Positions 60,350 to 64,000 of a stretch of DNA of 64,000 bases are shown one piece after another (the stretch's first letter is position 1; every line of letters starts with the position of its first letter). Below the pieces are notes generated by a model that worked only from the letters and a program-made list of their open reading frames with translations, had not been told where the DNA came from and did not search any database. A program made the position numbers and the translations under genes. This DNA is from Octopus vulgaris. Taxonomy: Eukaryota. The DNA is taken from the NCBI GenBank assembly GCA_951406725.2, contig OX597817.1, positions 53,754,001-53,818,000 on the forward strand. The letters run 5' to 3'.

Positions 60350-61352
60350 CATTTGTGTCTGTGTTTGTCCACCCGCCATCGCTTGACAACCGATGCTTGT
60401 GAGTTTACGTTCCTGTGACTTAGCCGTTGGACAGAAGAAACCGATAGAATAAGTACTAATCTTACAAAGTCCTGGGGTCAATTTCTTCGACTGTAACCCT
60501 TTAAAGACGTTGCTGCAACATGGCCGCAGTCAAATGGCTGAAACAAGTAAAAGAATAAAAGAAACGAATTTAAGAAATACAGTACGTACTATAGAAGAGT
60601 GAGATTACTATCAAAGCTGAATTAAAAATAAGATAATAAATATAAATACACAAATCATATCAGATCTGCAACTTAATAAACTGAGACATAAATGAACTAA
60701 AGAAATTAGACATTAAAAAGGTCAGTAACCACAAGGTATTTTAACGTTACTGGCAATCCACATTTTCTGGTCTGTAACAAGCATATGGAGGTGGGTGACA
60801 CATCTTATAATAATTCTGCATGTCGTTACGTTACTTAGCCCGTCGGTAACGCTTACACGTAATTAGAGAAAAAGAGGGAGAGAGATAAAGAGGATAAGGC
60901 GAAGAGTGAGGCAGAAAGAGAGAGAAAGAAAAAGTGGGAGAGAGAAAATACAGTGAGAGATAAAGAGGGAAAGAGAAAAGAGGGAGAGAGAAAAGACGGA
61001 AAGAGAAGCGTCCATGACATGTAGTAGGGGGAATGTAATATTTATTACGTGGTTTGAAAAGTTAGTTGAAGGTAGTGATATAGAGGAGAGTTAGGAATAT
61101 AATTTTAGCAGAGGGGTGATGTTCTGATGGTTAGAGTAAAGACAGGCAGAGAGTGAGGGGAGTGAGAGAAAGAGAGAGAGGGGGAAAGAGAGAGAAAGAG
61201 GGGAAGAGAGTGAGAGAGAGAGAGATTATGGTGATGGTGGTGACGATGGTGAGTGCATAGTGTAAAGGAAATTTTGTAATTGAACTAAGTTTTTATATTA
61301 CCTATCATTTAACGCATGCGCATCCCAAACATGTTTCACTTTAGAAAAAAAC

Positions 61353-61592
61353 CAGTTTCCCATTCGTCTGTCATATGCAATGACTATCAGTAAATCACAA
61401 GGGCAGATATTTGATGAAGTGGGGCTGTTCTTGCCTGAACCAGTATTCAGCCATGCTCAGCAATATGTTGGATTCTCAAAGGCTCGCAAATGATCTGATG
61501 TGGGAGTTAAGGTTATCAACACTGACAAACGAGGGAAAAGAAGAGGGAGAACTTACACAGAGGACATAGTCTGCAAAGAAATATTGGACTGA
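61353..61592 (+). pseudogene. Helitron RepHel PIF1-like helicase C-terminal fragment
   Basis: QFPIRLSYAMTISKSQGQIFDEVGLFLPEPVFSHAQQYVGFSK...TEDIVCKEILD*, one internal stop. Confidence 0.85.
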
Positions 61593-62179
61593 AAGTTGTA
61601 CGCATATTGAAATGTATTGACTCTGACCCATCGCCTTGGCTTATAAAATATCAATGATATGGTTATCTGAGTATGCCATGTTGCATTAAATTTTTAAACC
61701 CATGAAACTGTGACCCTATTTTTTACATATAGAATAATTTTTTTTAGTATAAATTTTTTGTTTTCTAGATATGAAATTGTGACCATGCAAATTTTAAAAT
61801 GTAATTTTTACTGCTTTTGGGGAAAATGGAAAAATAAGATTAAATAATAAGAGTGTTGTGTATTAAGTCTAAAAAATTGTGCATAAAGTATATTAAGTGT
61901 ATATCCAAAGTGCATTAAGTAATCATCGTACTCCAATTTCCTTTACTTTTCAATGAATAGCAGACAAACGACAATCTTTTGATACAGACACAGGCTTCGC
62001 TTTCAGGCTTTTTGGATAAAGTTTTCAGGAATAACCAAAAGGTTTACTATTAATTTCGTGAAATATTCACGGGTCCTTCTTGTATATATAAAGGTGTTTA
62101 AAAAACATACGGAGGTGTCTAACAAATTTATATAAAGGTGTGTAACAAAAATTTATATCAAGGTGTGTAACAAACATAT

Positions 62180-62452
62180 GTGGAAGTACATGGCCTAGTG
62201 GTTAGAGCAGCCGACTCGCGGTCGAGGGATCTCAGGTTCGAATCTCAGACCGGACGATGTGTGTGTTTATGAGCGAAGGTAATGGCGAACTTCTGCTGAC
62301 TCTTTCGTCACAACTTTCTCTCACTCTTTCCTCCTACATCTAGCAGCTCACCTGCGACGGATCGGCGTGCCGTCCAGGTGGGAACTTATACGCCAATGAA
62401 ACCGGGAAACCGGTCCTTATGAGCCAGGCATGGCTCGAGAAGGAACAAACAA
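62180..62452 (+). mobile_element. SINE family B inserted in a ~26-30-bp minisatellite
   Basis: flanking aacaaacatatg on both sides; aggtgtgtaacaaa units around it. Confidence 0.82.
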
Positions 62453-62683
62453 CAACAACAACAAACATATGGAGGTGCGTAACGAATTTATATAAAAATG
62501 TGCAACAAACAAATATATTTTAACATATGATTGTGCAAAATCTTTCACAAAGCTGTGTAACAAATATATTCATGTGTATGAAGAAATAAATACCGATGTA
62601 ACAAATATATACATAGGTGAGTAATGAACAGGTAAAAATTAGTAATAAACATATACGGGTGCGTAATATATATATAGCCAACC

Positions 62684-62721
<38 letters not shown>

Positions 62722-63430
62722 AGGTTTGGAGATGATGTATAGGTATTATATATTAGAAGAAATGAGGTACTCAGAAGATCGGTTGGTTTATATTTACAGA
62801 TATTTATTTGTATATTACATTTTTTATATATATATATCATATCACTTCGATCATTAGCGCTTTCTCCCATTCTAGTGGGGTTTTCAAATCAAACTAAGTT
62901 CAAACTAAGTGAATGATCCACAAGCACTCAAGCTGAGTCCTCAACTCTTTCCATTTGCCAAAGGGATTGAAAGACACCAGCAGGCCTCAAGAGACACATT
63001 CGTGTCCATCACACACACACACACATGCAAAAAATGAATACATTTGTGTAGTAGGTATCCATACAATTTTGTGAGAACAACTGCCCTGCTGTTTAATAAA
63101 TGTACTCATGGATGAGTGACATATAGACATTTATAGATGAGTAAAGACCATATACAGTTGAATATCGAACGCATGCATAGGAATTTAACAACCAAATGCA
63201 TGTGTGTAACAAACACACACAGTCATGTGACAAGTAGGCAACTTTCTAACAAATATATACAGGTGAGTAATAAACAAATACAGGTGTGAAGCAAACATAC
63301 TGTTGGGTGAGATATAAAGGTACATATATGTGTGTGTATAAAATGTGTATGTGTATGTATGTATGCTTGAATGTATGTATGTATGTAGAGAGAGAGTGTG
63401 TGTGTATATTTGTGTGTGTGTGTGTGTGTT

Positions 63431-63523
63431 GGCGGATTTCAGGAAGCATGGAAGTTCTGAAGGATGTAATGTCTGGACAGCTAACGACTGTCGCAGGTAG
63501 TTTGTTCCATGCCTCAACAATTC
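63431..63523 (-). pseudogene. CR1-like LINE ORF2 C-terminal relic
   Basis: RIVEAWNKLPATVVSCPDITSFR matches the R....WN.LP..VV......F motif. Confidence 0.65.
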
Positions 63524-63951
63524 TTAAATATAAGGAAAGTAGAAAACAGATGCAATTCAAAGATCTCAACAGCTGTTTCGACAGCATTTCATTGTAGCAT
63601 TCTTAGATGACATCATGGGAAGAACACGCCATCATCAGGCATCAGGTAAATATTAAAGAGGTAAGATAGAAATAGAAGATGACCAGTCCACCAAATATCA
63701 TGGTGAAACAAGTGGTATGTATACGCCTATGTTCATATATGTGTGTGCATATATATATACAGTATACTACCAACAAACGACCATGCTGGGGCACCGCCTT
63801 GAACAATTTATAGTCGAATGTATCGACCCCAGTACTCTTTTTTAAGCCTGGTACTTATTCAATCGGTTCTTCTGCTGAACCGCTAAGTTACGGGGACATA
63901 AGCACACCAACACCGGTTGTCAAGCAGAGAAGGTGGAGGAGGACAAACACA

Positions 63952-64000
<49 letters not shown>

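Overview
AT-rich, repeat-dense eukaryotic genomic DNA. The SINE and microsatellite repertoire looks like Octopus (coleoid cephalopod); this is an inference. Protein-coding content: (1) the last 10 exons (243-37191, + strand) of an MFS transporter of the oxalate:formate antiporter-like type, with consistent GT-AG splice phases and an unusual ~300-aa central-loop exon; (2) an intronless ~420-aa ORF at 52288-53550 with no family I recognise. The rest is mobile DNA: three abundant tRNA-derived SINE families, a disrupted Tx1/L1-like LINE, RLE-, RTE- and CR1-type LINE relics, a mariner deletion derivative, a GG-ended MITE with an 8-bp TSD, Helitron pieces and many microsatellites. The main unexplained signal is a dense set (roughly 15-20 copies, about a dozen sequence families) of minimal type-I hammerhead-ribozyme-like motifs: stem I - CUGANGA - stem II - GAAA - short palindrome - UH - stem I. 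They sit in short non-coding elements, mostly in (TA)n arrays and often as inverted partial duplications. Different families show C3:G8, U3:A8 and G3:C8 core pairs, and one family has a tRNA-like Pol III head. All structures were read by eye and activity is untested.
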